Source: a virus (lineage: Duplodnaviria > Caudoviricetes). From it: a stretch of 39,583 nt of DNA. The translations under genes were made by a program, and so were the position numbers. Below the pieces are notes generated by a model. The model saw only the letters and a program-made list of their open reading frames with translations, was not told where the DNA came from and made no database searches. The stretch is from positions 1-39,583 of IMG/VR virus record IMGVR_UViG_3300022895_000230; one strand, given 5' to 3'. Shown here in pieces: positions 1-8,656 of the stretch (positions are counted from its first letter, which is position 1; each line of letters starts with the position of its first letter).

Positions 1-240
1 TCAAGCTGCTTTCGGCAGGTCCTCCGAACTCCCGTCCCGGGCAGCCAATTTGGCCTCAATCCAGGCGTCGATTTCGTCCTCCGACCAGGCGACGCAGTTG
101 CCCCCGAGGTCGATTTGCGCAGGAAACTCCTTCCGGCGGATCCGGTCGTAGATGGTGTTCTTGGCCAGGCCCGTCCGGGCGGTGACCTCTTTGAGGCGCA
201 GCAGGTTGGGCACGCGGCGCGGTGCGGTGGTGGTATTCAT
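1..240 (-). CDS. AlpA-family DNA-binding protein / excisionase-like
   Basis: LLRLKEVTARTGLAKNTIYDRIRRKEFP..VAWSEDEIDAWI is the AlpA HTH pattern; AAGGAG RBS; last gene of leftward operon. Confidence 0.9.
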   Translation of the reverse strand: MNTTTAPRRVPNLLRLKEVTARTGLAKNTIYDRIRRKEFPAQIDLGGNCVAWSEDEIDAWIEAKLAARDGSSEDLPKAA

Positions 241-499
241 CGGGTCTCCTTCGCCGCGTCTCGCGGCTGATTGGTGTTCTGATTTCGGTGCGCCGGCAGC
301 TGTACCGGGCGGCTGCCATGACCTTCAGCGCTTCGTCCATGTCGCCGGCGGCGAGGCGGTGGAGGGCCAGGCCCCGGGCCTCCCAGAGGCGGACAGTGGC
401 AGGGCCTTCCTGGGCCAGGTCCACGCCCGACATGCCGGCCAGGTCGTGCGCCGTGCGTTCTACTGCGTTGCCGAAGTCGAGGTGGGTCAGGCTATTCAA
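237..499 (-). pseudogene. Small hypothetical gene, probably frameshifted
   Basis: TTG at 499 opens NSLTHLDFGNAVERTAHDL...; that frame runs through alpA to 56, while another frame gives VQLPAHRNQNTNQPRDAAKETR* ending in an ATGA overlap with the alpA start. Confidence 0.45.
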
Positions 500-1235
500 G
501 GTCTTGGTCCGTGGCAGAATGCGCCGAGATCCACACCCGGAGCATGGAATGAGCTGGTGGAACGCTGTTAGTACGTGCTGGCCGCCGGGCGAGGCCGGGT
601 GTGTTGTGTGGTGGGATGCTTGGGCCGCTCTGGGGACTATAGGCGCCGCCATGGCGGCGGTAACCCTTGGGCTCGCACCGATGCTCGCGCGCCGACACCA
701 CGCCAGGGCGGTCGCCCGCATTGCCAATATCCGACTCGGGATCCAACTTCTCCATCTCGGGGGAAGCTGCGTGTTGGCAAGGAATATCCGGACCGCCAGT
801 GACTACAACGTGGCGCGCATTAATGCTGAGCATTGCGACTCCAAGCCGTTTTCCGAGCTGATCCCATACTTCGATGTCATGCCTACGGCCCTGACCAAGG
901 CCGTCGGATACTGCATCGCTGATATCGAGACCATGCACTCGCTCTTCGCCAAAGTGAGCTTCCGAGCTCCCGGATCGGGCGCACCAAACGCCAGCTTGTC
1001 CGACCTTCTGGACCAAGTGGATGGGACCTTGTGGAAGGCGAGGCGAGCACTGAACGCCTACCTGGGGGAAAAAGAGAAGGACGTGACAAGGGAAATTGCG
1101 GCAATGGGCACCAGTCTGCTGCATCTGGCGCAGGCGGCGGAGGCCACTCCAGGCTGGGATGAGGACTTCGTGCGGATGAAGGTACTTGGCCGCCGCCCAT
1201 GAGGCAGGGTTGAACGCGTCGGACTGGTTAAGCAT
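492..1235 (-). other. Operon-strand bridging ORF 1 (247 aa), antisense to 549-1202
   Basis: ATG overlaps upstream stop (ATGCTTAA) with AGGAG RBS; TAG overlaps downstream TTG start (TTGAATAG); no recognisable protein. Confidence 0.5.
549..1202 (+). CDS. Counter-oriented membrane-anchored accessory protein (217 aa)
   Basis: MSWWNAVSTCW...WDAWAALGTIGAAMAAVTLGL hydrophobic helix then helical soluble domain; opposite to operon. Confidence 0.75.
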   Translation: MSWWNAVSTCWPPGEAGCVVWWDAWAALGTIGAAMAAVTLGLAPMLARRHHARAVARIANIRLGIQLLHLGGSCVLARNIRTASDYNVARINAEHCDSKPFSELIPYFDVMPTALTKAVGYCIADIETMHSLFAKVSFRAPGSGAPNASLSDLLDQVDGTLWKARRALNAYLGEKEKDVTREIAAMGTSLLHLAQAAEATPGWDEDFVRMKVLGRRP

Positions 1236-1677
1236 TCTGGAGCTCCTGCGGCAGCAGCTTCTGCTGCTGGGCGTACTCGATCACCGTCTGGCCGCTCGGC
1301 AGCAGGATGTGGGAGAGGAAGGCGGCCTCGAAGGTCAGCATGCCGATCTCGATCGCGGTCACCTGGGCCTTCACCCAGTCACGCAGGACTGAGTAGACGG
1401 CCACGCCGCTGATCTTCATGGCCTTGGCCTCATGCTCGGCGCGGGTAGCGCGGATGCGCGAGCCGTAGGGATGCTCCCGCAGCCAAGCGGCGGCGTAACC
1501 CCGGGCGCTTGCCTTGAGCTGGACCTGCCGGCCGCGGTGCTCGAACTGGATGAAAAGCTCTCCGGTCCCGTAGTCCTCACCGGTTGCAAACCGCTGGCAG
1601 CCGAACGCCCGCAGCATCTTCTGGATGTCGTTGATCGCGTTGTTGCCGCTGGTGGCGTTCTCGTAGGGAAGGCTCAC
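1228..1677 (-). CDS. Phage hypothetical protein
   Basis: 149 aa, protein-like, start overlaps upstream stop. Confidence 0.8.
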   Translation of the reverse strand: MSLPYENATSGNNAINDIQKMLRAFGCQRFATGEDYGTGELFIQFEHRGRQVQLKASARGYAAAWLREHPYGSRIRATRAEHEAKAMKISGVAVYSVLRDWVKAQVTAIEIGMLTFEAAFLSHILLPSGQTVIEYAQQQKLLPQELQNA

Positions 1678-1952
1678 GGCGACACCTCGGGATTCGCGCG
1701 GCGGTGGGCGTCGATCAGGTCCTGCACCTGGCCTTGCAGTCCTGCGGCCATGTCGCAGAAGTTCGGCACCACGGTGGTGGCCATGACGTGCAGCTGGTTG
1801 CGGATGTCCACCAGATCCACCACGGGGAATGGGGCTTGGCCGGCACGGATGGCTTCCACCACCGCGATCTGCAGCTGCGCGCGGCGTTTCGGCTCGTCGT
1901 CCTGGGTGAAGCGGCGTGCCACGTCGAGGGCGATCTGGTCGATGTCAGCCAA
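1674..1952 (-). CDS. Hypothetical protein
   Basis: 92 aa, overlapping neighbours in operon. Confidence 0.7.
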   Translation of the reverse strand: MADIDQIALDVARRFTQDDEPKRRAQLQIAVVEAIRAGQAPFPVVDLVDIRNQLHVMATTVVPNFCDMAAGLQGQVQDLIDAHRRANPEVSP

Positions 1953-2694
1953 GGAGCACCCCCGTACCCTGCAGCGCGGCGCGCGTTTCTTCCCAGTTGC
2001 CCTCGTGCTTGATGGCCACTCCGCCGGCGTCGGCCCAGGCCGCGCAGTTCTTCCCCCAATCGTCGATCAGGATGTCGCCGGGCTGGTGCATGAAGAGCGG
2101 CTTGTGTCTGCCGCCCAGTACGGGCAGGACCTGGCACGTCTGTGAGAGGTGCTGCCGGACCCATGCACGCTTCTGCGAAGCCACATGCGCGTAGTTCGAC
2201 TTCGGACACGCGGTGAGGATGACCGGCTGGAGGTGCTCCACGGACCGGAAGAAGTCGATCGCGCCAGTCATTGGTGGCAGGTCGCGGAAGAAGGATGCGT
2301 GGCTGTTGATGTGCCCCCACATTTCTTCGTCAGCCAAAGAGCGGTGGTCGAGCCCGAAAACAGCTGGAAACGCGCCGTCGAAGTCGGCCATTACGCCGTC
2401 CAGGTCGATGTAGAGCGTGCGCGCCGGCCTCACCTGCACCTGGCCACCGGGCTTGACGGTCGCCAGCGTCATAGGGCGGAAATGATCCACGGCCGCCCAG
2501 AAGGCACGCGCGGCGTCGTCGACCTGGGTACCTTCGGCCAGCAGCACACTGCCGTCCGGCTGGATCCGGAAGATCTCCTCGCCGGGGCCGAAGATCAGCG
2601 CCGGCGCGGACGTCGACGCTACGCCCTGCAGCCCGGTCCAGGGGAGGTTCGGCGCGTGACTGGAGCTCTTCTCGGGTTGCTGCGTATGGCTCAT
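1945..2694 (-). CDS. HAD-family 5'(3')-deoxyribonucleotidase (NT5C-like) with N-terminal extension
   Basis: YIDLDGVMADF motif I, ILTA motif II, K..ILIDD motifs III/IV; ATG at 2694 in ATGA overlap. Confidence 0.85.
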   Translation of the reverse strand: MSHTQQPEKSSSHAPNLPWTGLQGVASTSAPALIFGPGEEIFRIQPDGSVLLAEGTQVDDAARAFWAAVDHFRPMTLATVKPGGQVQVRPARTLYIDLDGVMADFDGAFPAVFGLDHRSLADEEMWGHINSHASFFRDLPPMTGAIDFFRSVEHLQPVILTACPKSNYAHVASQKRAWVRQHLSQTCQVLPVLGGRHKPLFMHQPGDILIDDWGKNCAAWADAGGVAIKHEGNWEETRAALQGTGVLLG

Positions 2695-2933
2695 CGCTGT
2701 TGCTCCTTCTGCTGCTGGGGCGCGCGTGCGGACTGCAGCGACGCCCAGGTGAGGGGAAACGGGCCGCGCTTGGCCCGGGTGGATGCGGTTTCGACGCTGG
2801 TGCCGATGGCTTCGGCGATCTCGCGGCTGGTGAGCAGCTTCCCTTCGACCACGTGGGCGAAGAGCCGGGCTCGGGCCAGGCCCTCGCGGCGGCGGTGGTG
2901 GCATCGGGGACGCGCTGGCTGGCTGGCCATCAC
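2691..2933 (-). CDS. Small putative HTH protein
   Basis: LTSREIAEAIGTSVETASTR HTH-like segment; coupled both sides. Confidence 0.65.
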   Translation of the reverse strand: MMASQPARPRCHHRRREGLARARLFAHVVEGKLLTSREIAEAIGTSVETASTRAKRGPFPLTWASLQSARAPQQQKEQQR

Positions 2934-3184
2934 GGGCGCCCCTGAGTCAGCGCCGGCGCCTGCTGCGGTGCGCCGACAGCGGTGGCCAGCTTGCCTGTCT
3001 CGTCCATCAGCCGGATCGCGTCCAGCTCGACCTTCACCGCACCGATGTAGGTTGTGGCCACCATCGTCGTGGTCTTGGCGCGCTCGATTACTAGGTTCAT
3101 TTCGTCGGCGCTGAGGTTGTCGTCGCCGAGGCGCTCCAGCATGGCCACCAGGTGGTCGCGGACGTCACTGACCTTGTTCTTCAT
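2930..3184 (-). CDS. Phage hypothetical protein
   Basis: MKNKVSDVRDHLVAMLERL, GGAG RBS, follows HNH-like gene. Confidence 0.8.
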   Translation of the reverse strand: MKNKVSDVRDHLVAMLERLGDDNLSADEMNLVIERAKTTTMVATTYIGAVKVELDAIRLMDETGKLATAVGAPQQAPALTQGRP

Positions 3185-3866
3185 GCTGCTGCTCCTTCGT
3201 GCGTTTGTTGATCCGGCGAGTAATGCGCGCCTTGAGGTAGATGAGTTCTTTCACTTCGGCGGGATAGCGGTTGTGCAGCGTGTTGCGGCGCATGTTCTCG
3301 GCGAGAGTCACTACTTCCAGCCGGTCGGCAGTGATGTCGGCTGCGGCGAAGGTCTTCATGCCCGGCCGGAAAATCACGATGTGGCCTGCCGGTACCTGTC
3401 CCTTGGCTTCCTCCCACACCATCACGTGTACCGGGCGCCAGCGTTGGGCAGGGAATATGGATGGGTCGTCAGTGATCTTTCGCATCAGCACATTCCGCTT
3501 CCGGTCGATCTTTTCCGTCCCGATCGGGACGTAGTTGCGGGATTCGCTCGCGGGACGGCCCTTCTTGAATTGCGTAGTCGCCATGCGCCCGGATGACCAG
3601 CCAGGACGCCGAAGGCCCTTGTTCGGCGGCACCTGCCCGGGCTTGAAGCGCGCCGCGATGGAGGCCGGATCCTCCGTGCCGTTCCACAGCTTGGCCAGCG
3701 GCTGCGTTTCGAAGTCATCGGCCTTCTTGAGGCCAAGCTGGCTGGCACGGCGGTAGACAGACGCGCGGCCCCGTTTCAGCACGTGAGCGATCAGGAACGC
3801 GGGGAAGCGCGGCCAGTTGATCCGCAAGGTCTCGTCCTCGTCAGCAGTCCAAATGCGGCCGTTCAT
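3165..3866 (-). CDS. HNH-like protein with N-terminal HTH-like region
   Basis: WTADEDETL..LGLKK N-terminus, RFKPGQVPPNKG / TQFKKG repeats, HVMVWEEAKG..LEVVTLAENMRRN. Confidence 0.8.
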   Translation of the reverse strand: MNGRIWTADEDETLRINWPRFPAFLIAHVLKRGRASVYRRASQLGLKKADDFETQPLAKLWNGTEDPASIAARFKPGQVPPNKGLRRPGWSSGRMATTQFKKGRPASESRNYVPIGTEKIDRKRNVLMRKITDDPSIFPAQRWRPVHVMVWEEAKGQVPAGHIVIFRPGMKTFAAADITADRLEVVTLAENMRRNTLHNRYPAEVKELIYLKARITRRINKRTKEQQHEEQGQ

Positions 3867-4177
3867 CAGCGCCCTCCGATCAGGGCGGCGCGCAGCGTTT
3901 CGACCCTCGCACGCCAGTAGTCGATGGTTTCGTCACTGCTGCTGCGCAGCGTTTCGTGGTGCCCGAGGCTGGCGGACGCCTCGATCAGCTCGGCCAGCAG
4001 CTGCTCGCGCTCGGTGCTGGTAATGGCCCCTTGGACGCGCAGCTCGGCGAGCTCCGCCTGAAACTGCTCGGTCCGCTCGGCGGCCAGCACCAGCCAGTGG
4101 CGCAGGGCCGCCTTGGTGGGTTGCTTCATCCGGCCCGGGGTAGGGCAGGTGGCCGGGGCCAGCACCAAGGCGCTCAT
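3866..4177 (-). CDS. Hypothetical coiled-coil protein
   Basis: 103 aa, TGATG coupling on both sides. Confidence 0.7.
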   Translation of the reverse strand: MSALVLAPATCPTPGRMKQPTKAALRHWLVLAAERTEQFQAELAELRVQGAITSTEREQLLAELIEASASLGHHETLRSSSDETIDYWRARVETLRAALIGGR

Positions 4178-4314
4178 CAGCGGGCGTCCCGCCGCGCTTC
4201 GGCCAGGATCTCGCGGAGGTCTTCCAGCACCTTGCGGTCCTCGCCTTGGGCGGTGGCTGCGGCCACGGCGCGCTCGAGGGCGTAGGCGCGGTCATTGGGG
4301 TGGATGCAGTTCAT
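4177..4314 (-). CDS. Small hypothetical protein (45 aa, MNCIHPNDRAYALERAVAAA...)
   Basis: Read directly from sequence (below track cutoff); stop coupled TGATG to 4177 start; start in ATGA overlap with bridging ORF 2. Confidence 0.65.
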   Translation of the reverse strand: MNCIHPNDRAYALERAVAAATAQGEDRKVLEDLREILAEARRDAR

Positions 4315-5108
4315 GGCAGAATCGGCTTCAACAGGGAGGGGTTATGGCGCTTGAGTTCTGTCTGCCGGAAGTCGGCACTGGAAGCGTTGCGGATTGGGCG
4401 GCGGTGCTCGTGGCCGCCTGGGCTGCAGCGATCGCCGCGCTTGCTGCGGTGATCGGTATCGCGGGCGCTTCTGCGACGGTTTGGGTTGGGCTTCTCGCTC
4501 ATCGAACGTCCAAGCGGGCGACTGAAATTGCGGACCGTGCGGCGCAGATTGCGCAGCAGCAGCACGGCGAGGCCGTCAAGTTGAGGGAGGAAACGGCGAG
4601 AATCATCGGCCGGCTCCTTCTCGCGGAGGTTGGTTCGGTTCCAGCCAGAGCCGCGCGAATCGTCAGGAACATGCGTCGTGTAGTTGAGCCTGGAGCGGAC
4701 TACTCCACGCTGACCGGTGTTGAAAACTTCGACCGCGCCATGTTTGAGGCGGGGCAGGATCTTCTGCCAACCGCACAGCACGTACTGGACAAGATCCACA
4801 ACCTTCCAGATGCTCTCGGCGCCGACCTGGCTACGTTCATCGCCGCATGTATGTCGCTGAGAACAATGGGGGACAGGGTAGAGGCCAAGGTGGTGAGGAT
4901 CAGCCTTGACACGCTGGCCGGTGAGCAAACAATCATCAAGCTGAAAGATGGTCCCGGCGACTTTTTGATAATGCTCGGGCAGGCACTTTGGATCGTGAGG
5001 CACGGAGCGCTGTTTGCGAACGAGTTCCAAGCGTTTGTCGGAGTCAGCCCCAATGACTACTCGGGGTACATCAGCGAGTTCGAGGGCATGTAGGTCCCGG
5101 GTGCTCAC
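4311..5108 (-). other. Operon-strand bridging ORF 2 (265 aa), antisense to 4344-5093
   Basis: GTG start in GTGA overlap with stop of 5105-5362; TGA in ATGA overlap with start of 4177-4314. Confidence 0.55.
4344..5093 (+). CDS. Counter-oriented membrane-anchored accessory protein (249 aa)
   Basis: GGGAGG RBS; DWAAVLVAAWAAAIAALAAVIGIAGASATVWVGLL hydrophobic segment, then helical domain. Confidence 0.8.
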   Translation: MALEFCLPEVGTGSVADWAAVLVAAWAAAIAALAAVIGIAGASATVWVGLLAHRTSKRATEIADRAAQIAQQQHGEAVKLREETARIIGRLLLAEVGSVPARAARIVRNMRRVVEPGADYSTLTGVENFDRAMFEAGQDLLPTAQHVLDKIHNLPDALGADLATFIAACMSLRTMGDRVEAKVVRISLDTLAGEQTIIKLKDGPGDFLIMLGQALWIVRHGALFANEFQAFVGVSPNDYSGYISEFEGM

Positions 5109-5362
5109 GCCGCGACCCCCAGCGCCCGCAGGTCCAGCTCGTCTACGCGATCGCGCAGCCGATGGCAGGCTGCGCGCAGCGCGAGCGCCACATCGCGGCG
5201 CTTGTCCTGCGGGTAGAAGTCCAGCCCCTCGAAGTGCACGGCGCCGGTAAGGTCGCGGCGGAACAGCCGGTAAGCAATGACGCCGCTGTCACCCATCGGG
5301 TACCGGCCCCAGGAGAAGCCGCCGTTCCGCTTCGGCGCGCGGCGGGGGATAGGCCGGGTCAT
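5105..5362 (-). CDS. Hypothetical protein
   Basis: 85 aa, ATGA coupling, AAGGAG RBS. Confidence 0.75.
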   Translation of the reverse strand: MTRPIPRRAPKRNGGFSWGRYPMGDSGVIAYRLFRRDLTGAVHFEGLDFYPQDKRRDVALALRAACHRLRDRVDELDLRALGVAA

Positions 5363-5574
5363 GCCGCCTGCTCCTTCCCTGCCGACGCGGGCAGTCGACC
5401 CTCGATCACCTGGCGGCGGGTCTTCGCCTTCTTCGGCGGCGTGTTGCCCAGAACCTGGACACGGCCGCCGGCCTTACGGAATGCCGCGATGTCGGCCTCC
5501 AGCTGCTGCTGTTCGTTTTCCTTCTGGCGCCGCGTGGGACTGTCGTAGAAGGGGCGGGCATGGATGTCGGTCAT
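5359..5574 (-). CDS. Small protein with SutA-like RNAP-binding motif
   Basis: QQLEADIAAFRKAGGRVQVL resembles SutA (A..EFL.RGGKVQEI); ATGA coupling. Confidence 0.6.
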   Translation of the reverse strand: MTDIHARPFYDSPTRRQKENEQQQLEADIAAFRKAGGRVQVLGNTPPKKAKTRRQVIEGRLPASAGKEQAA

Positions 5575-5801
5575 GCTGCGATCCTCAGCGGCGCGCGGCT
5601 CACCGGCCCGTGCCACAGGTTGAAGGTGTTGTTGATGCGGACCTGCACCGGATCGATCCGCGCCGGGGCCAGCGGGTTGCGCAGGCGGCGCTCGTCGGTG
5701 GCGCAGGGGACGCAGATGGATTTCGGCCCGCGCTTACCGTCGCTGGCCATCTGGCACAGCGGCAGGCGGCGCTGGCATCCGGTGCAAGTCCGGCGCTCCA
5801 T
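5571..5801 (-). CDS. Small zinc-finger protein (76 aa)
   Basis: CTGC and CVPC pairs; TGATG coupling to exonuclease. Confidence 0.7.
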   Translation of the reverse strand: MERRTCTGCQRRLPLCQMASDGKRGPKSICVPCATDERRLRNPLAPARIDPVQVRINNTFNLWHGPVSRAPLRIAA

Positions 5802-7549
5802 CAGGCAGCCCTCTTCAGCCAGTCGTTGCCGGCCTGCAGCGCAGCAGCGGAAAGGGCATTGCAGATGTCGATGAACTGCGCCTGGTCGTACAGGTTGGCC
5901 GCGCCCTTCTCGGGCAGGGCGTTGAACCCGAGCTTGGCCAGGCCGTCGGCGGAGATCGTCAGGGGCGCGATGCGGGCATTGATGTCGCCCAGCTTCATCT
6001 TGACCACCTCGCGCGGGGCGGTGCTCGCCGGTGCAGCTGCAGGTGAGCGAACCAGTACCGGGGCAGGGCGCGCAGCAGGTGCCGGCGCCGGCTCTTCCAC
6101 CAAGACGGGCGCAGGGGAAGCGGCGGCCGCAGCGGCAGCGTCGCGAGTCTGCTGCTCTTCCAGTGCCTTGCGGGCCTTTTCGGCCTCTTCCTCCCGCATC
6201 TTCACGCGCTCTCGCTCGCGGCGATCTTCCTCGGCCTTCTCGTGATCGCTGATCCGCGCTGCCACCAGGTTGCGCAGGTCTTCCGGCGCCTTGCTGGCGC
6301 ACAGCTGCACGCGGTCGGCGAACAGGGTGGAGTACTCGGGCCGTTCGGCCAGGATCGCCATGTTGGCGCGGATCCGGTCGGCGGCCTGGCTGGCAGTGAT
6401 CTTGGCGTTCGTGGCCACCGTGTCGACCGCGTCCTGCATGCTGGCGAAGGAGCGCTTGCCCTTCATAGCCGCCTGCAGTTCAGCGACCAGCGTGGCCGGC
6501 ATCGGCAGGCCGTGCTCGCCCAGCGTCTCGTTGATGGCTCGGACGTGGTCCTGCACCGCGCGGCGGGCGTTGGTACCAATCTCCGTACGGCGTTCCTCCT
6601 TCCGCTTCGTAACCAGCTTGTCCAGCGCAAGGCGCGTAGCCCGGGCCTGCTCGCTGATGTCGTCGATCGTGCGGAACAGCAGGTCGATGCTCTCGGTCTG
6701 GCTGAGGGCATGCTGCTTGGCGCCGGCCAGTTGGCTCTCGATATCGCTGCACCACTTCACGGTCTTCTCGGCATCGGCGAAGTCCTGGTCGGTGACCAGG
6801 TCCTTGCTGATGCCCTGGAACACAGCGATTGCCTGCTCCTTCCAGTCGGCGAGGTTCGAGGCGGTAACCATGCCGGTCACTTCGATGCGGAGCGCGGGCA
6901 TCTGGTCCGGCGCGCGCCCGGCGGCGACCGGCGCTGTAGGTGCCTCCGGCTCGTAGCCAGCCACGTCGGCCTCCAGCTGGGCCCAGCCGGCGATGATGCG
7001 TGCGCGCAGCTCCGGGTTCGGCGTGTACCAGCAGTGGCGCTCTTCGAGCAGCTCCCACTGGCCCCCGGCGCGCTTCCACTCGGAAGCCATGAAGAACACG
7101 CGCTCGCACCCGGATACCATCGCCTGGTGCTCCATCTGCACCTGATACATAAGCGGCAGGTCGGTACCGGTGCAGCCGTCGAACATGGCATCGCGCAGGG
7201 CTTGGTTGAGGCGCTTGTGCTCCCACGCAGTGTCTTCCAGCAGCGTGAGGCCGTCGAAGCTGGCGGAGTACTTGCCCTGGGCGCCGGTGACCGGATACAA
7301 GTCTTCACCGACGTAGCCCTCGGCGATTACTCGCGCCAAGGCTTCGAACTCATGGCCCGGGTCGATCACGCGCTCCTGCACGAAGTCGCTGAACTCGCGC
7401 GGGACGCCAGCCGCCAGCTCGCGCATCAGGTCGGCGCGGGAGAAGTTGGTGGAGACGCCCAGCATGGCCGGCGCGTCGCTGGCGTTGAGGTGCTGTGCCC
7501 GGTGCTGGTGCCATTCGGGGCTGCCCTGCAACAATTCGACGGTCTTCAT
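5801..7549 (-). CDS. exo: YqaJ/lambda Exo-like exonuclease with long coiled-coil C-terminus
   Basis: QGSPEWHQHR..LNASD, GHEFE, ASFDG, EHK, YQVQMEHQ motifs; adjacent to Bet. Confidence 0.9.
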   Translation of the reverse strand: MKTVELLQGSPEWHQHRAQHLNASDAPAMLGVSTNFSRADLMRELAAGVPREFSDFVQERVIDPGHEFEALARVIAEGYVGEDLYPVTGAQGKYSASFDGLTLLEDTAWEHKRLNQALRDAMFDGCTGTDLPLMYQVQMEHQAMVSGCERVFFMASEWKRAGGQWELLEERHCWYTPNPELRARIIAGWAQLEADVAGYEPEAPTAPVAAGRAPDQMPALRIEVTGMVTASNLADWKEQAIAVFQGISKDLVTDQDFADAEKTVKWCSDIESQLAGAKQHALSQTESIDLLFRTIDDISEQARATRLALDKLVTKRKEERRTEIGTNARRAVQDHVRAINETLGEHGLPMPATLVAELQAAMKGKRSFASMQDAVDTVATNAKITASQAADRIRANMAILAERPEYSTLFADRVQLCASKAPEDLRNLVAARISDHEKAEEDRRERERVKMREEEAEKARKALEEQQTRDAAAAAAASPAPVLVEEPAPAPAARPAPVLVRSPAAAPASTAPREVVKMKLGDINARIAPLTISADGLAKLGFNALPEKGAANLYDQAQFIDICNALSAAALQAGNDWLKRAA

Positions 7550-8481
7550 GCGCGATCTCCTTCGCCCGGGGCGTCCCAATCGATGGGGCCGGTGTCATCG
7601 CTGGTGCTGGTGGTGGCCGAGGCGGAATCGGTGGCAACGTCGTCCACCTGCTCGTAGTCCTCGATGGCGATCATCTGCTCCTCGGTCAGGGAGCCTTTCG
7701 TCTTGACCATGTTGATGATCTGGCTGGCGGTCTTCTTGCCAGCAGCGATCAGTGCGCCCCAGGCCGGCAGGTTTTCCTTGAACTTGTCGGCTGGGTAGGG
7801 CGGCAGTTCACGCGGCAGCTGCTGATGCGCCTCCTGCCGGATCGGAGTGGATTCCCCGTCGATGACGCGACCTTCCATTTCCTCGGCGGTCGGCTGCGCG
7901 CCTACCGCTTCCGGGAACGCCTTGCGCAGCGCCAGAGCCTCGGCGCACTTCTCCAGCTGCCCGAAGGGACGCTTCTTCCACATGGCGTTCGGCGCATCGC
8001 TGTCGCGCTTCTGCGTGGCGTAGCTCTCCAGCCAGTAGGCCTTGGCCGAGTAGCGCACCGGGCTTCCGTTGACCAGGCGATAGACCGCGACGCTGCACCA
8101 TTCCGGGTAGCGCACGTTGACCCCACCCAGGTTCTCTTCGATGGTCGGCCCGAAGCTGGCCTCATCCTGCCCGGCGTACTCCCCGGTGCGGTGGGCCTTC
8201 GTGCGGTACAGCTCGATGCCCGGCATGATCACATCGCGCATGCCGGCAGGACTGATGACACGGTTGCCCTGCTTCTTCTCCGGTACCCACATCGGCACGA
8301 TATGCACCGGCTTGGTCATCGGGTCCAAGGCGCCGGCGCGGCAATAGGCCAGCACCATGTCGACCGATTCGTCGGTGGCGCCCGGGTACAGGCTGGTCTT
8401 CAGCGCGGTGCGGATGGCCTCCGCCTGCTCGGCGGTCACAAGTTCGCCGCCGCGCTGCTTGAGGGGTGCGATGTTGCTCAT
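7546..8481 (-). CDS. bet: Bet/RecT-family single-strand annealing protein
   Basis: YCRAGALDPMTKPVHIVP, GIELYR..A, W.KRP.GQL.KCAEALALRKAFP; GGAG RBS. Confidence 0.92.
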   Translation of the reverse strand: MSNIAPLKQRGGELVTAEQAEAIRTALKTSLYPGATDESVDMVLAYCRAGALDPMTKPVHIVPMWVPEKKQGNRVISPAGMRDVIMPGIELYRTKAHRTGEYAGQDEASFGPTIEENLGGVNVRYPEWCSVAVYRLVNGSPVRYSAKAYWLESYATQKRDSDAPNAMWKKRPFGQLEKCAEALALRKAFPEAVGAQPTAEEMEGRVIDGESTPIRQEAHQQLPRELPPYPADKFKENLPAWGALIAAGKKTASQIINMVKTKGSLTEEQMIAIEDYEQVDDVATDSASATTSTSDDTGPIDWDAPGEGDRA

Positions 8482-8530
8482 TGATTGCTCCGGCCGGCAT
8501 CGCCGGCATGGTGGGTGGGTGTCACTGCGA

Positions 8531-8656
8531 TCCATCCGGCTGCGGCCTCCCCGAGTGGATTACGGGGTTTTTGCCCTGGACCGGGAGGGCAATCCCGGCA
8601 GGCCGCATGCGGATGGATGCCGGTCTTTCCCGACTGTCAGCGGCGTTGCATCCGCA
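8531..8656 (-). ncRNA. Putative structured RNA element in KTSC-bet intergenic region
   Basis: Nested complementary pairs 8531-8538/8610-8617 and 8541-8548/8600-8607; inner hairpins 8549-8567 and 8571-8592. Confidence 0.5.
8618..8642 (-). repeat. 25-nt hairpin repeat, copy B (CGCTGACAGTCGGGAAAGACCGGCA)
   Basis: Matches copy A with pairing-preserving stem changes. Confidence 0.8.

Noticed and set aside
6242-8484. Long plus-strand ORFs opposite exo and bet
   Set aside because: Shadow ORFs with no recognisable protein features.
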